Positions 15,126 to 29,697 of a DNA stretch of 64,000 nt are shown in pieces; positions within the stretch are counted from its first letter, which is position 1, and each line of letters opens with the position of its first letter. A program made the translations under genes and the position numbers. Source of the DNA: Chrysomallon squamiferum (Eukaryota; Animalia; Mollusca); assembly GCA_012295275.1 (NCBI GenBank), contig CM022673.1, positions 26,288,001-26,352,000 on the forward strand, read 5' to 3'. The notes under the pieces are model-generated. The model saw only the letters and a program-made list of their open reading frames with translations, made no database searches and was not told the DNA's origin.

Positions 15126-16105
15126 AAAATGACAAATCATTTGAAGATTAATCCCTTTCATGTAAACGATTCTTAACGTAACTTATATATAGTGTTATTG
15201 CACTATTTAAATTAATTTTAAATCTATTTATGTATTTATTGATTTCAGGAAAATCGACATTCATAGTTACAACAGCAGCAAAAAAGAATAATAATAATCT
15301 AGCATACGTATCTTTTCTGTGGAAAATAACATTTGTTTACTAAAAATTATAAAAAAAGAAATTTATTTTTGATTTAAAATATAATAATTACAATAAACGG
15401 AAATAACATGTTTTGATGTATTTTTTATTTAGAAATGTTGTGATAAGTTTTTTCATTGTATTGCAGGCATCTTATAATTTGTATATCTTTTCTTCTTTTT
15501 TTTTTATTCATTTATTTATTTTTGTTGATAAATGTGTTTTCAAAAGAATATAAAAAAAAAAAAAAAAAAAAAAGTCATTTCTACACAATGCTATCACTTT
15601 AAAATATGATATCTTTATTGTGTGCAATACCAAAAGCATATAACTCAAACTTCTTAATAAAACAGAAACGAGGAAGTCCAGAAATAATTCTGAGAATAAT
15701 TCTTTCCTCTGGTATTTAATTAAAACACAAACTGCACTCTTTTTGAGATACCCTTTTTGTACTAAATATTAAAAAACCAGGAGCTTATGTATCGGTTTAT
15801 TATCCTTTTGTCTTGACGCTATCACCTTTAGTGTCACCGCTTCTTTCAATAAACAACAAAGTGCAAACCAGCCGACAGTCTATTACAAACTGCCGTGAAA
15901 TATCAGTAATCGTCTTCTTATTATTTATTACACAGGGTCTCACTCCTTTATTTAATTCTTTGAAATCTTGATTTTATTTTTTATTATTATTTTTTTTTTT
16001 TAGCCTCGCTCTCATTCAACTACATATTACGTCTGTTGCGTGAAAACTGGTTGGAGCACCGCAAAGGCGGGATTAACAGACATCCGTCTTATCTTCGTTT
16101 TCATT

Positions 16106-16136
<31 letters not shown>

Positions 16137-16189
16137 CTGGTTCTATTTCTGATAGGTCGTTGCTGCTTTAACTCTTTCAGTTCTATAAG

Positions 16190-16376
16190 CAGAAACGAGT
16201 CGACGGTGGGAGGAGGCACTTATCGATTTGTAGCGACTCCGCGCGCGCCAATGTTACTTTCGCTGCAGCAAATTGGCGAACACCTATAATTGAGTTAAAC
16301 TGTATGCTTTTCTTTTCTCGTTATCGTCGTCCAGTAGTCACCAAGTGCCAAATGGAGTAATGATGAGTAACCTAAG
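16190..16376 (+). promoter_or_regulatory. Putative promoter / non-coding first exon of the GPCR
   Basis: CpG-dense patch (GCGACTCCGCGCGCGCC) ending in a strong donor AAG|GTAAGA at 16376/16377. Candidate acceptor TATTCAG at 17771-17772 just upstream of the ATG. Start coordinate approximate; inference only. Confidence 0.4.
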
Positions 16377-16577
16377 GTAAGATTTGTTTGTTTTGAGAGT
16401 TTTTCTTTCGTTCATTTTTTTTTTCTTCCTCTGTTTGTTTGTTTGTGTGTTGTTGTTGTTTGTTTTGTTTTGTTTTTTTCAGTCGAACTGTCGCTAATTA
16501 ATTAAGTAACGAAGTAAATCTTTGCTTACCGAAATTGTATAAATCTTTATCTAAAGGTATGTTTATCTCTGTTTAGT

Positions 16578-16608
<31 letters not shown>

Positions 16609-17547
16609 TGGTAGTAGGTGTCTGTAGTTTTGTCTGTCTATCTACCTGACTGTTTGTTTTTCTGCCTCTATTTCTAGTTATGTTTCTGTGTGTGTGGGGG
16701 TGTATATTATTATATTGATCTGTATTTATCTGTTTATCTGTAAGTTTAACTCTTTGTCTATCTGTTTGTCTGTCAGTGGGTCCATCTGTCTATCAGTCTA
16801 TTGTTTGTTTATGTGTTTATAATTTTCTGTCTGCATGCTTATTGTATTTTTCTATCTCTGTTTTCATCTTACTCTCTTTCATTCCCTCTTTACTCTGCCT
16901 TATTCTGTACCTCTCCATTTGACTGTATGTATCTCTGATTGATTGTATGTCTGTGTTTCCTATGTGTATCTGTCTGACTGTCTGGCTTATATTTAATCTC
17001 TGTGTCTGATTTAAGTATATTTGTTACTGTTTTGTTTGATTGTGTGTCTGTATCTCTGCTTCTCTGTGGCTCTGTTACACTCTTTGTCTGAACGTACTGC
17101 TCATTCAGTCTGTCTGGTTTCGCGATCAAGAATAACTGTGTTTCTTGTCCGTCTGATTGGTACGTCTGTTTGTCTAATTGTACGTCTTTCTGTTTGGCTG
17201 TATATCATTGTCTGTTTGTGTGTCTTTGTGACAAAACGTCAAACATGCAAACCAAGCACCAACTTATAAATACAGAGCAACAACAATGCTGGTCTGTGTT
17301 TTCATCCTGTAAATTTCTTTGTACACATCTACCCTTCATTATCTTCATACATCACGAACATCACGTTCGTAAAGAATAATATGGTCCATTGTAGTGAACA
17401 GGTGATAAGGCACAGGTTCTTTTAGATCATGGGACCATACTAGTCTTTTATTTGCCTATATTAGAATACGATAATAACTTTTTTTTTTTTTTTTTTTTAA
17501 ATCAACAGACAACATCTGATAAATATACGATTAAAAGTTATATTTTT

Positions 17548-17578
<31 letters not shown>

Positions 17579-17865
17579 TAATAATAATATTAATAATGAT
17601 AATAAAAATAATAATAATGATAATAAATAATGATCATGACGATGATGATGATGATGATGAAAAGGATATTTTTGGAAAATATAATTATAAATATTTTTTA
17701 AAAAAAGCTAAAAAATGCCTGTTAAAATAAACACTAACTCATTTCTCTCATTATATACATATTCATATTCAGACTTCACGCGACCAGGACTTTCAACGAA
17801 CTCACGAAACCTCGCCGTTCTCGACAATGATTCTTCGGCGGGTCTCTCAAGTCGCAAACGACACC

Positions 17866-18246
17866 ATGGCGAACGCCTCCGACAACATCGACTGCAACAC
17901 CATCCTCTCGTCCATCTCCCCGCCCCCTCCGCCCATGTCGACGGGGGTGAAGGTCTTCTACTGCTGCTTCATGTTTCTCTTCGCCTGTGGCGCGCTCTTC
18001 GGAAACATTCTTGTCATCGTGGCGATCAAGAGGTTCCGAGCTCTCCACAACCGATCCAAACGCCTTCATCGTATCCGTTGCCATCGCAGACATCGGCGTT
18101 GCGGCGCTGGTGATGCCGTTCAGGTTGTACGAGGAGTGGAACAACGGCTGGCAGCTCGGGGAAACCGCGTGTAAAATATTGAACACGCTGGACGCGTTCC
18201 TCTGCACTGCCTCCATGAGTAATCTCTACTGTATGGCTTTCGACAG
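17866..18246 (+). CDS. Aminergic class A GPCR (histamine H2/TAAR-like), coding exon 1 (N-terminus to TM3); contains a 1-nt frameshift near 18058-18060
   Basis: ACCATGG start at 17866 (an in-frame upstream ATG at 17827 is an alternative). MANASDNIDC...TM1 GALFGNILVIVAIKRFRALHNRS in one frame, then NAFIVSVAIADIGVAALVMPF (TM2), WQLGETACKILNTLDAFLCTASMSNLYCMAFDR (ECL1/TM3) in the +1 frame. Donor GACAG|GTGAGA at 18246/18247. GC/CpG-rich compared with flanks. Confidence 0.88.
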
Positions 18247-19508
18247 GTGAGAGTTTTGCGTAGTCGTTCGTTGTGTAGTTAATTAGTAGCAGGTCTAAAC
18301 ACCGTTAGCGACCGCACGCGATCCAGAACAAGAGAGAAATAAAACAAGAGAGAAAATAAATTAAACATGTTTTCAGTCTGAAGGTTTACTGATGCGGTTT
18401 AAAGTTTAAAAAAAAAAAAACGCAAACACGTAATGAGCTAGACAAAAACCCGCTTTTTTTGCTTTTTTTATCGTTAAGATGGAATGAATTTTTCATATCA
18501 TCCTTCCCGTTAGAATAGAAGACATATCCATTCCTTTAAAAAAAATTTAAAAAAAAAAATAACATTCATGGAGAACAGTTTGGAATGGGAAATGGCCCAA
18601 TATGTAGAGGAAGTAATAGCTGTAAAAGACCGACCAAATTATATTTTTCTCCTTTTTTTCCATATTTTTATTTTTTTATTTTTTTATTATTTTTTTGTTG
18701 TTGTTGTTGTATTTCGTTATTTTGTGCAAGTTCATATCTCAAGACAATAAAGATGCGACAAACAGGAAGGAAATTTGAAAAAATAATTAGGTTCACAAGC
18801 TAAGTACTTTACGTTCACATTAAATAGAAAGAGAAAAAAGAAGAAGGTTATTTTTATTTTTTCTCTCCAAGAGCATTAGTTTCTATTGAAATTCAAATCA
18901 AATTCCTCCTAGATCATGGACGGGAATATTTTCGCTGTAAGGTTAATGGCCATGTCTTGTAGAGTATTATAAACTCCTCCATTACAACAACACCCATTTT
19001 TACTTTTTATTATCGTATGTTGTCGTAAATAACAGCTTCTCGATAATTATTTTCAGATCATCGTGTCAGTAAATAGACATTTTATTATATAATTCTTTTA
19101 AATCATATAATCTTTAAATCACATGTCTGTCTGGATGTATGAATAGCTGAGTGTATTTGTGTTTCTGTATGTACGTGTTTGTGTATTCGTATGTGTTTGT
19201 ATGTGTGTTGCTTATAGAGGTAGGTAGGTATGTTTGTCTGTACATGTCTGTATGTATGTGTATGTTAATATATGTATGAGTGTGTATTTAACCTATATGT
19301 ACGTATGTATCTGGGGGTATAGTTGTAACGAACCAGAACAACATAAATAACAACAACAATAATAACAATAGTAGTAGTAGCCGCTGGAATAACTGAAGAA
19401 GGTCATTATTTTTACATTTATCAGAATTTTAATACATACATACATACATACATACATACATACATACATACATACATACATACATACATACATACATACA
19501 TACATACA

Positions 19509-19541
<33 letters not shown>

Positions 19542-22104
19542 TCATATAATATAATATATATATATATATATATATTTCGGACGTAAATGAAAATAAAAAA
19601 GTGAACATAAAACTAGAAGTAGTGGTACGGGTACCGGACCAATTATCCGGAAAGACCAATAGTATTAGTAATGGTAATATAGTAAGTAGTATTTTAATTT
19701 CGCTAATGTTCGGAAGATTATCTAGGCGGTTGTATGTTGTAATTCAGTTAATGTCTTTCCGTAGAATGTTATTCGTTTGACCTTTAAAGCAGGATTATCC
19801 CCCATTTATTAATTTCTAAAGTATTTTTTATAAAAAAATTATTCTATTATATTTTCTCAGTTTAAAAAAAAAAGAAAGCATATCATAATTTAAAAACAAA
19901 ACAAACAAACAAACAAACAAAAATTCATTAATCTTTACACATCGAGGCTTTGCATAAAGATCAGTTTTTTATTTTTATCGATTCAGTGATTAACACCAAA
20001 AAGATTAAAAAGATAAAAGTAAACTAAATCAAACAAAATATTAATAACTGAAATACTTTAATTAGTTTCTTTGTTAATTAATTAGTTTAATTTATTACTG
20101 TTCGTAGCTTTCTTACAAGCGTATTTTTTTAAATTAATACATAATTTTCCTCTTTTTTTTTTTTTTCTTTTTCTTTTTAAATGTTTTGATAAAGATATAT
20201 TTCAAAATGAAGGCAACATAAAGAAATGACTTTGCCTTAATATTCTTTTAAAACATATCCATAATAACAGCTTTTCAGCGATCCACTTTCTTTTTCATTT
20301 GAAAACACAAAATAAATGTATCTTTCTCACATCCGTAATTGTTTTCCCTTTAGCAAAAATCTCATATTTCAAACTGAAGGCAATATATTGAAATAACTTT
20401 TTTTTTTCTTTTTTAAATACTTTTTTTAAAACCACATCAATCAAAAGTAATTAGAATTTCTTCAACAAATTTATATTGGAAAAAAAAAAAAAAAAAAAGA
20501 ATTCTAAATAAATCAGCCAAACTGGGTTTGTCGGGGTTTTTATCTAATTTTTTAATTATTATTATTATTATTGTTATTATTATTATTATTATTTTTATTA
20601 TTATTATTAACGACAAATTAAAAACTTCATGACCCAACAGCCTTCACGAGAAGATATTAAAACATTAACACAGGTCGTAAATCTGAGTTTGCGTCAACTC
20701 GAACGTTTCAACGAGCCAATCATATTTCTCCTTCTCACTCTTACTTAACGTGGCCTCCACACACAGAATATTATTTTTATTGTTGTTTTAATTAAGAAAT
20801 GCCTTTAATCAATATGAATTTCCATAAAACCACTCACTGTTATGACCTTTAGACCGTCATCCCTTACTGAAGCCGGATCTCGTCAGAGCTAAATTTCGAT
20901 ATTTTCGAAAGCCTTCTTTGTGACTGTGTTCTGAATATATGATAATCGAACGCTCTAATATAAATAAGAGATGGACTTAATTTTACGTCAGAGTGAGGAG
21001 CGCTGGCTTCGCCCAACGTATAAAAGCAAAATAATTATTGGCCGTTGTTGAACGTAATTAAGTATCTTATTAAAAGCCACGATCCAATTGTGCCCACTTT
21101 TGTGGAAGACGCAAGTATATCGTCAACAAGAATGAATCTCAGAACTAACTTAACCGAGCAGAGTGATAGGTCCATTGTGGCACTTGCACATTTTTAACTT
21201 TTCCATTCTGCTAAGTTTTTTCTTCCATTTTTCTTGTAAGCACCATTAGTACAATGCTCATTCAAAATAACTCCACTGAAAAGTATTCTCCGTCGTAGTA
21301 ATTATAATGCCGAATTTTTTCGTTGAATGCACGAAGAATCTTAATATAAAATATTTATTAAAAACTTTTCCTTTTTTTTAAATATGGCTGTATCTCAACA
21401 ATCTGATATACCAACTCCGAAAAGTTTTTTTTTGTTGTTATTTATATTTTTGTTTTTTACATAAATCATCGCTCGTTTTGATTATGTTCCTGTATATACG
21501 TATATTTACTTTAATCTTTGTCATACATTTTATTGAAAGTTAACGTTACAGCTACAAGCTTTAAAATGTACGTGTCTGTTCTCGACGATTTCTGAATCTT
21601 GTATTTTCTGAGATCTGAAAATCTGGATCGTTACAATTCCATCTCCGAAAATAGCACAACTTATTCATTACTAGGAAACTTCTTTTTCAATTTTCGCATT
21701 CCGGAACAATTGTAATATGAATCGAGTCCATAGTAATATACCTAAAATCTTACTCGAGTTTTTCAGTGAAAGTGTTGTTTTTTTTTTATCAATAGCATTC
21801 TGCTGAATTCAGTTATTGTTTACGAACTAGGGCGAATTTTCTATTATCTCGTTCATGCTAATAGCTTTCTTCTGACTTATGTTGGGATTATTATGTGGGT
21901 TTTTTTGTTTGGATTTTGTTTTTGTTTTTTTCGTTGGTTTTTGTTTTTGGGAGGGTTTTTTTTGTTTTTTTTTTTTTTGTTTTTGTTGTTGTTGGACGGG
22001 TAGTTGGGTATGTAGGCAGTTTGATAGATAGGTAAGATGATGTAACTGTTTACCAAAGAGATAAAGTTACCAAAAGTACAGTCTCTTTCTTACAGTCATA
22101 TAGC

Positions 22105-22247
<143 letters not shown>

Positions 22248-23372
22248 CATATGAGTTTTTCTTCTAATAATAAACTTAATTGTATAATGTTATCTTACAA
22301 AACTAATGACAAGACGATGTCTGAAATAGTCAAGGTAATTACTGGATCTGTTTCAATCAATATTTCTAACCTGATTGAACGAGTCAAAACGTTACTCTTA
22401 TTATTCAATTACAAAACATTAACCTTTCGCCTTTATCTATTGTGCTTGTTTGAAATTTCCATTAACCTCTTAATCATTACGTTCTCCGAGTTTTTGAAAT
22501 TTTCGTGGATGTGTGCTTCTTAGAGTACACGCGTCCCGGGGACTACCTGCAGTTAATTTCGAGTTCCTACGCAAGTTAAGAACATAACCGTTTTCACACT
22601 GGGGAGATAATTACTGTTTTCAGTAAAAACAAAATGTCTGTGACAAACGAGAGATTTAAACCAGGGCTTTGTCATCCATACAAGATTTTATTAGCTTTGC
22701 GATTCTGAAGCGATGGTTCTGTTCAAACTGATGGATAAAAAAATGTTCTGTTGTCTTGTTGCACGTTTTGGGGTAAATGTTGGGCGTATATTTATTTTAT
22801 TGTCATAAAAATAGTATCAAGAACGCTAACTGACACAGGACAGTTACATAGGTAATTTTTTTTAGTAATAACGTTGATTTAAATAACGCTAGAATAAAGA
22901 GTATTTAAATAAGGTGTGTACAACTATCAAAACATATTAACAGTGTCATCTCTGAATACTCTGTATATATATATATATATATATAATAGATCTCCGTATA
23001 TATAATAGATAGTGTAATGTATTTATCATTCTCTTAATTAGATATTATTTTTACTTGGTTAATTTCATACATTTTCATCAGTTAGGATTAGGTATACGTA
23101 ACGCGAATATGTAAATGAATACCAAATAACCAGTTACGTAATAATGTAATAAAAACAAAAATAAGGATGATAATACGAAGACGAATTAAATGTCAGCGAG
23201 TGTAGTAAGTGATGTAACAGTTAATATATATAATTTTATATTTCATCTATCTATCTGTCTATCTATTGATCTGTCACTCTCTTTCTTTCTCTCTCTTTTA
23301 TTTATTTCTCTTATATACCTACCATTAAGTTATTGATTACCTATATGATCCTTACAAATGTGCAATACGCCA

Positions 23373-23373
<1 letters not shown>

Positions 23374-23432
<59 letters not shown>

Positions 23433-23490
23433 GCCATATTTATACAGCACCTTTTCCATACTAATAAGTTCAAGCGTGCTTTGCAGTGTA
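23374..23490 (-). mobile_element. Possible L2/CR1-type LINE (or dependent SINE) 3' end with (TAA)n tail
   Basis: Minus strand TGCAAAGCACGCTTGAAC...GGAAAAGGTGCTGTATAAAT followed by (AAT)n, resembling the L2 3' stem-loop consensus as I recall it. Confidence 0.35.
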
Positions 23491-26426
23491 AACTAATAAA
23501 CTAAAATATAAAAAGACATGAATATATTAAAATAAATATAAATATAATGGTGATCATGTTAAAATTGTGTAAAACAAATGACCCATACGATCGGAGATTA
23601 AAAATGCGACTTTAATATAATTGTTTCTTTTGTTGTTGTTGTTGTTTTTTTGTCGTTCTATTCCATTAATTTTGGTTTCAGTTCTGTGGACCATCTAAAT
23701 TCCGCAAATAATAAAAAAAATAATAAAATTAAAGAGGACAGAACATTAACGTTTATTAACTCACTGACTTATAAATCTACCGTTACAACGAAATCATTGA
23801 AAATCTAATTTTTCTCATTTTTATTTGTCTGACGCCGAACTCGTTGGCAATAATTTCGATCATAAATACTTCTTAATGGTTTGTTGCGAAAAGAAAACGT
23901 TCTGCGGACTGGAATAACAAAACGTATTAAACCTGTATAGAATATGTTAGCACTTGTGTGTGTGCTAAATTATATAACCGTGTAGATAAATTCGTTCGCT
24001 GCTCAAATGTCATTTCCACAAATACGTGAAAAGGAAAACGAACTGTATTGTAAGAGAGGGGACTCCATCTTTTTTTTCTTTTTTTTTCCTGAATCGCTAT
24101 TATTAGAAAATAATTACGGATTACGGAAAGACATACATGAGATTTTCTTCTGACCGTAAATCGCCCAGCTTGTACTTCTCACATTTAACAAGTAGCGTCC
24201 AGAAGTTAGATCAATAAAAAGTCTAATTGGGAGTCTAACCCTGCTAGTATGCTTACAACACCAGCACAATATAATCGCTCGGCAAACTGAATCATTAAAA
24301 CGTCCTATTCAAACACATTTCGTACCACACCATGTTTTATAAACTTCCCCTGGGCAGCGATTCAATGGAACATAAAACACTTACTTCCACAGGCTTGACC
24401 AATTAGATTATTCGAAACAATTGCCAGAAACGTGTTCGCCATTTCTCTGCTAAAGGGCTCAGTCTTCGAATGAACAACCATTGTAAAGAAATCCCTAATT
24501 CATTAATATAATTATCTCTGTGTTGTCATGGGAATTATATCTTACAGATAATCATATATGATGATTCATACACCAGAAAATATATATTATTTTGATACTG
24601 GTCATGTCATGCTTATATATATATATATATGTGTGTGTATATATTCCAGGGTTGGTCATCCGCGGTTTCAACCAAATTATTTTAAACAATGCAGAATACT
24701 GCAGTACCAACAGCACTTACATGTTAGTATAAATTGAATTTCAGTACGGACAACTTAATTCCAAAATACAACAGTAAATCAATGGGCATTTACTTTGAAC
24801 ATCAACGATTCAAAACAGTCTTAGAATTAATAGATTAATTTCACCTGAAGCCCATTTAGTATCAGTATAGTCTGTAATATCCTAACAAACAAATGACATC
24901 AAGTGTTAACAATAATTGCTGTGGTTTTCTTTATGTTTCAGTTTATTTTGTTCGCTTGTTCTGTTTGTTGTTTTTCTAAACACGCGGCCATATCTTAATG
25001 TCCCATCCAGATCTCCACTGCTTGGAACTCAATAAGATCTCCCGAAATGCAAACGTCATATAATTTATGCAGAAGTGATTTTGACAGGAGACAGAACCCT
25101 GGTGAGTCCGGGCACTCTGGTTTAGACAGACACCAATAATAATCCAATTGATCCAGTTCGACACGTCCGTTATAACAGGTGTAATTCGTTTTGATTTAGC
25201 CTTCAAAGGGACATCATCATTTCTTATCACTTCAGAGTCGAAATTATTTGCGAACTTCCGTCAGTGGTTAAAATCGCGTGCCAAAGCACACAGAGCTAAT
25301 TGCTAAATATTATCTACCGTTCTTTTTTTGCTTCGTGAATTTGCATCCGAAGTCCGTAACGGACAGAATTGTGTTAAATGTATTCATAAACACCAGAATT
25401 TGCGCCATTTGCGAACTATTACTATTTGCGGTGATAGTTAAGGTCTGCTGAAAACGAGGCTTTGTCTAATTGTACGTCAACGTAAAGCAGTGACTGCATA
25501 GTTTTTATTTTTACTTCTCTCTTTGTTTTACAGTAAAACAAAAACAAAAACAAAAAGATATAAAACGCTTTCCCAAGGTATTATTATCTTAACTCAGTTT
25601 GTCTTATTAATTCTTGTTTTGAGCTGAAGATTGCAGAGTTTGACAGTAACTGGAAAGAAAAAATAATAATAATAATAATAATAATAATAATCTGTTTATG
25701 TAAAATAAATATAACTTAGATAAACAGACAGACAAATAGGTGTATTATATAATTTTGTAATTTATTTACTTCTTTCTCTGCATCGTTTGAAAATACACAC
25801 ATGGATATGCATACATACATACATAGATACATACATACATACATACATACATACATACATACATACATAGATACATACATACATACATACATACATACAT
25901 ACATACATACATACATACATACATACATACACACATACACACATACATACATACATACACACATACACACATACACACACATACATACATACATACATAT
26001 ATACATACATTCATACATACATACAAAGCTACATACGTTCATATATATATATATATATAATGTTCAAAAATTATAAAAAGCCAGCCATACCCTAGTGAAA
26101 ATATACAAGCATTTATTAAATTTCTGTGACAGTATACGGTTCCACTGTTCACTTAGAACAGCTGTATTTGTTCTGCTAAGAGATTAGTACTTTGTAGTTC
26201 ATATTGGACTACCATGCTACATTACAATGGTGAGTAGACAATGTCATGTAAAATATTAATACAAAAATGTCATTACATACAGTTAACACAAAGGTCGGTG
26301 ATAACAAGGAAATGCCAATCATAAATCGTGCCAGTACTGACTGAAAATTATTCCGTGTCATTGTTAATTCCCGGAAAATAAGAAAAATATTTACTGTGGT
26401 ATAGATCTGTAAATATAAAAGTGAAG

Positions 26427-26526
<100 letters not shown>

Positions 26527-28029
26527 ATAGAAAAATGTAAGTTTAGGAAATTAGATGTTTAGCCTCGCTGCCTGTGTTTGTTTATGACAAAATAACCATA
26601 TAAGATATATAGATACTTAGATTGGATGGATAGATACACAGACACAGACAGTCAGACAGACGGACGGACGGACAGACAGTGTTACAGTCAGACAGACAGA
26701 CAGATATCTTTCAGAGGTTAATAGTATATGCGTCATTTTACGATATTTGTATTTGTTTTCTTTAAGATATATACTGCGTCTTTTGCGTTGGATCAATCTA
26801 TTTGTATTTGTTTCCATTATGTTATTTGTGTGTGCATTTTTCACATATGTGTCTCTGTCTGGCTAAACATCCTTCTGTTGATCCATCCTTATTTTCTATG
26901 TCTTATTTATTAAACGTAAACAAACCAGAATTACAATTAATTGTAATCTTCGTCTGCAACAGTTTCTTCCAAATGTTCATTCTAGGACATAAAACTGAAG
27001 CATAGTCAACACATGTTTTTGTTTCATTTATTTTAACACGAAAGACCCCGTTATCGTAAACACACAAACATCCTAAATCCCAGATAAAGGCCATTGTCAT
27101 TTGAAATTGACAAACACTGAACTATCGCGTGCATTTTTATAAACGATCTCCCTGAACGAGTGCTGTGAATTGTTGATCATGTTCTGCTTGTTTATATCAT
27201 GAAGTCGTACAAAATTTTTTTTTTCTTAAATAAAAGTTCTTGCGGTAAAGTACAGAACTTCGGATTCGACCGAAGCCTTTTTCCCCAAACTAATCAGGGT
27301 CCTTTGTTGTATCTGCGCTAGAGCCGCGTCTGATTAGGTGACGAAACAAATGATGGAGGAAATTAACTCTGACCAGAGCTGTCGATCCCCGCAACCTTGA
27401 CGTAGCCACCTCATCTTCGTCCTTCACGGTTTCTTTTATTCCCTGACTTTTCGATTTTTATTTAGGTGCGTTCCAACGTGGCTAGACGGGAAAGGTTGTT
27501 GTTGGGAAATTCACCAGCATTTCGAGATTTCAGGTTCATTTCGGAAAGAAAAATGGCGGAGAATAGTTTCACCTTTTCGATCAGTTGTCTGTCTGCAAAG
27601 TGCTCTCACGTGTCAGACGTGATTTAAGCGAATCTAGCACACATGCCCGCGGTTTTTAGCAGTTTTAGTTGTTATATTAAAATTATTGTTTGTGTGTTGG
27701 ATGATTGTTGAGACAGAAGTTCATAACAACCAAAGTAAGTCTTAGGCTGCATGCAGTCAAGGAATCTGAAGTGTGAATCCTAAATAATGTAATATTTTGT
27801 TAGCGAGTTGAATGTTCAAAATAGTGTAAGAGTGTCAGAGGAATATTAATTAGAACGAAAGGAGATAATAGGAAAATTACTATTTTCCCAAGTAGCTTGG
27901 GTAGGAGAAAAGTTCTGTCATTTGATACCAGATGCGCCACAATGCGAATAAGATTGGGTTTTTAATTATTTACTAGTAATTTGTTTTACCAGTCGTGTCT
28001 CGATTGTAACTCAGAGCGTCAGCGGGTCT

Positions 28030-28679
28030 ATGTGTGTCTGTCTCTCTCTCCACAGATCTGTCTCTCTCCATAGATGTCTGTCTCTCTCTCCACAGATGTC
28101 TGTCTCTCTCCCCATAGATGTCTCTCTCTCCACAGATGTCTGTCTCTCTCTCTCCACAGATGTCTGTCTCTCTCCCCATAGATGTCTCTCTCTCCACAGA
28201 TGTCTCTCTCTCCACAGATGTCTGTCTCTCTCTCCACAGATGTCTGTCTCTCTCTCCATAGATGTCTCTCTCTCCACAGATATCTCTCTCCATAGATGTC
28301 TGTCTCTCTCCACAGAAGTCTGTCTCTCTCTCCACAGATGTCTGTCTCTCTTTCCACAGAAGTATGTCTCTCTCTCCACAGATGTCTGTCTCTCTCGCCA
28401 CATATGTCTATCTCTCTCTCCAAATATGTCTATCTCTCTCTACAGATGTCTGTCTCTCTCTCCATAGATGTCTCTCTCTACAGATGTCTTCTCTCTCCTC
28501 GGGTGTCTCTCTCTCCACAGACGTCTGTCTCTCTCTCTCCACATATCTGTCTCGCTCTCTCTCGATAGATGTCTGTTTGTCTCTCTCTCCACATATGTCT
28601 ATCTCTCTCTCTTTACAGATGTCTGTATCTCTCTCTCCTCGGGTGTCTCTCTCTCCATAGATGTCTGTCGGTCTGTCTT

Positions 28680-28726
<47 letters not shown>

Positions 28727-28790
28727 GTCTCTCTCTCTTTCTCTCTGTGTCTCTCTCGTTCTCTCTCTGACTGTCTCTCTCTCAGCTTCT
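28030..28790. repeat. Second array of the same CCACAGATGTCTGT(CT)n minisatellite, inside the GPCR intron
   Basis: Same unit, same orientation, also decaying into (CT)n at the 3' end. Confidence 0.95.
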
Positions 28791-29487
28791 CTCTTTATGT
28801 CTTTATCTATTTATCTTTCTTTCTTCCTTTCTTTCTATCTTTATCCGTGTTTTTCTTTCTAACTATCTGTCCTATCTACCCGTCGCTGTTTGAAAGAAAG
28901 AAAAAGAAAACAATATATATAAGTTAGAGTTAATAATATGTCAAGAAGTGCATATGTGAAAGATTTGATACTTTCTTGTGGAAAGCTTTGATCTGCCGGC
29001 ATTTTTCATATCTACCTTTACAATATCGTCCAAATATTTTAGCTATTTTTCGTTTCAAGTGCTGCGACACTCCTTTTGTCACATTACAGTTAAGGTTTAA
29101 GATGGATCTGTTGTACGTTTAATGAATTTCCAAAAATAAAATACATCAAACCACACAAAAATCTGAGATGACTGGCAGTTAACATATGTTGAATAGAAGA
29201 AAGTGAAGTCAAAGGAGATTTATTTTTTCTTTATTACATAAAAGATAAATGAATAAATATAATTATTTTATATATATATATAAAGAAAGAAATCATTTAT
29301 TACACTGTTCATGGTTTGGAACTTAAAATGAGTGCTTGTCTAAAAATAATAACAAAAACATTACCTTTGAAAATTCTATAACTTCGAAAATTGTAACTTT
29401 CATTTTATTTTTGGTTTCAGAAGTTTGTTTGTAGTTGTTTTTTTTTACTTCTGTCATCATTACCAGCATCATCATCATCATCATCAT

Positions 29488-29524
<37 letters not shown>

Positions 29525-29605
29525 TTAATAATGATAATAATAATAATCATGATGATGACGATGACGACGATGATGATGATGAAAAGGATATTTTTGGAAA
29601 ACATA

Positions 29606-29652
<47 letters not shown>

Positions 29653-29697
29653 TACTACTACTACTACTACTACTATTACATCTATTTGTTGTTTCAG

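Noticed and set aside
17776-18216. Antisense 146 aa ORF over GPCR exon 1 (and 29948-30355 over exon 2)
   Set aside because: Expected shadow ORFs of GC-rich coding sequence.
27973-28927. Cluster of ORFs in the GPCR intron
   Set aside because: Same minisatellite artefact.
29425-29697. Poly-Ile/His/Asn/Tyr N-terminal extensions of the exon 2 ORFs
   Set aside because: Intronic trinucleotide repeats upstream of the splice acceptor.
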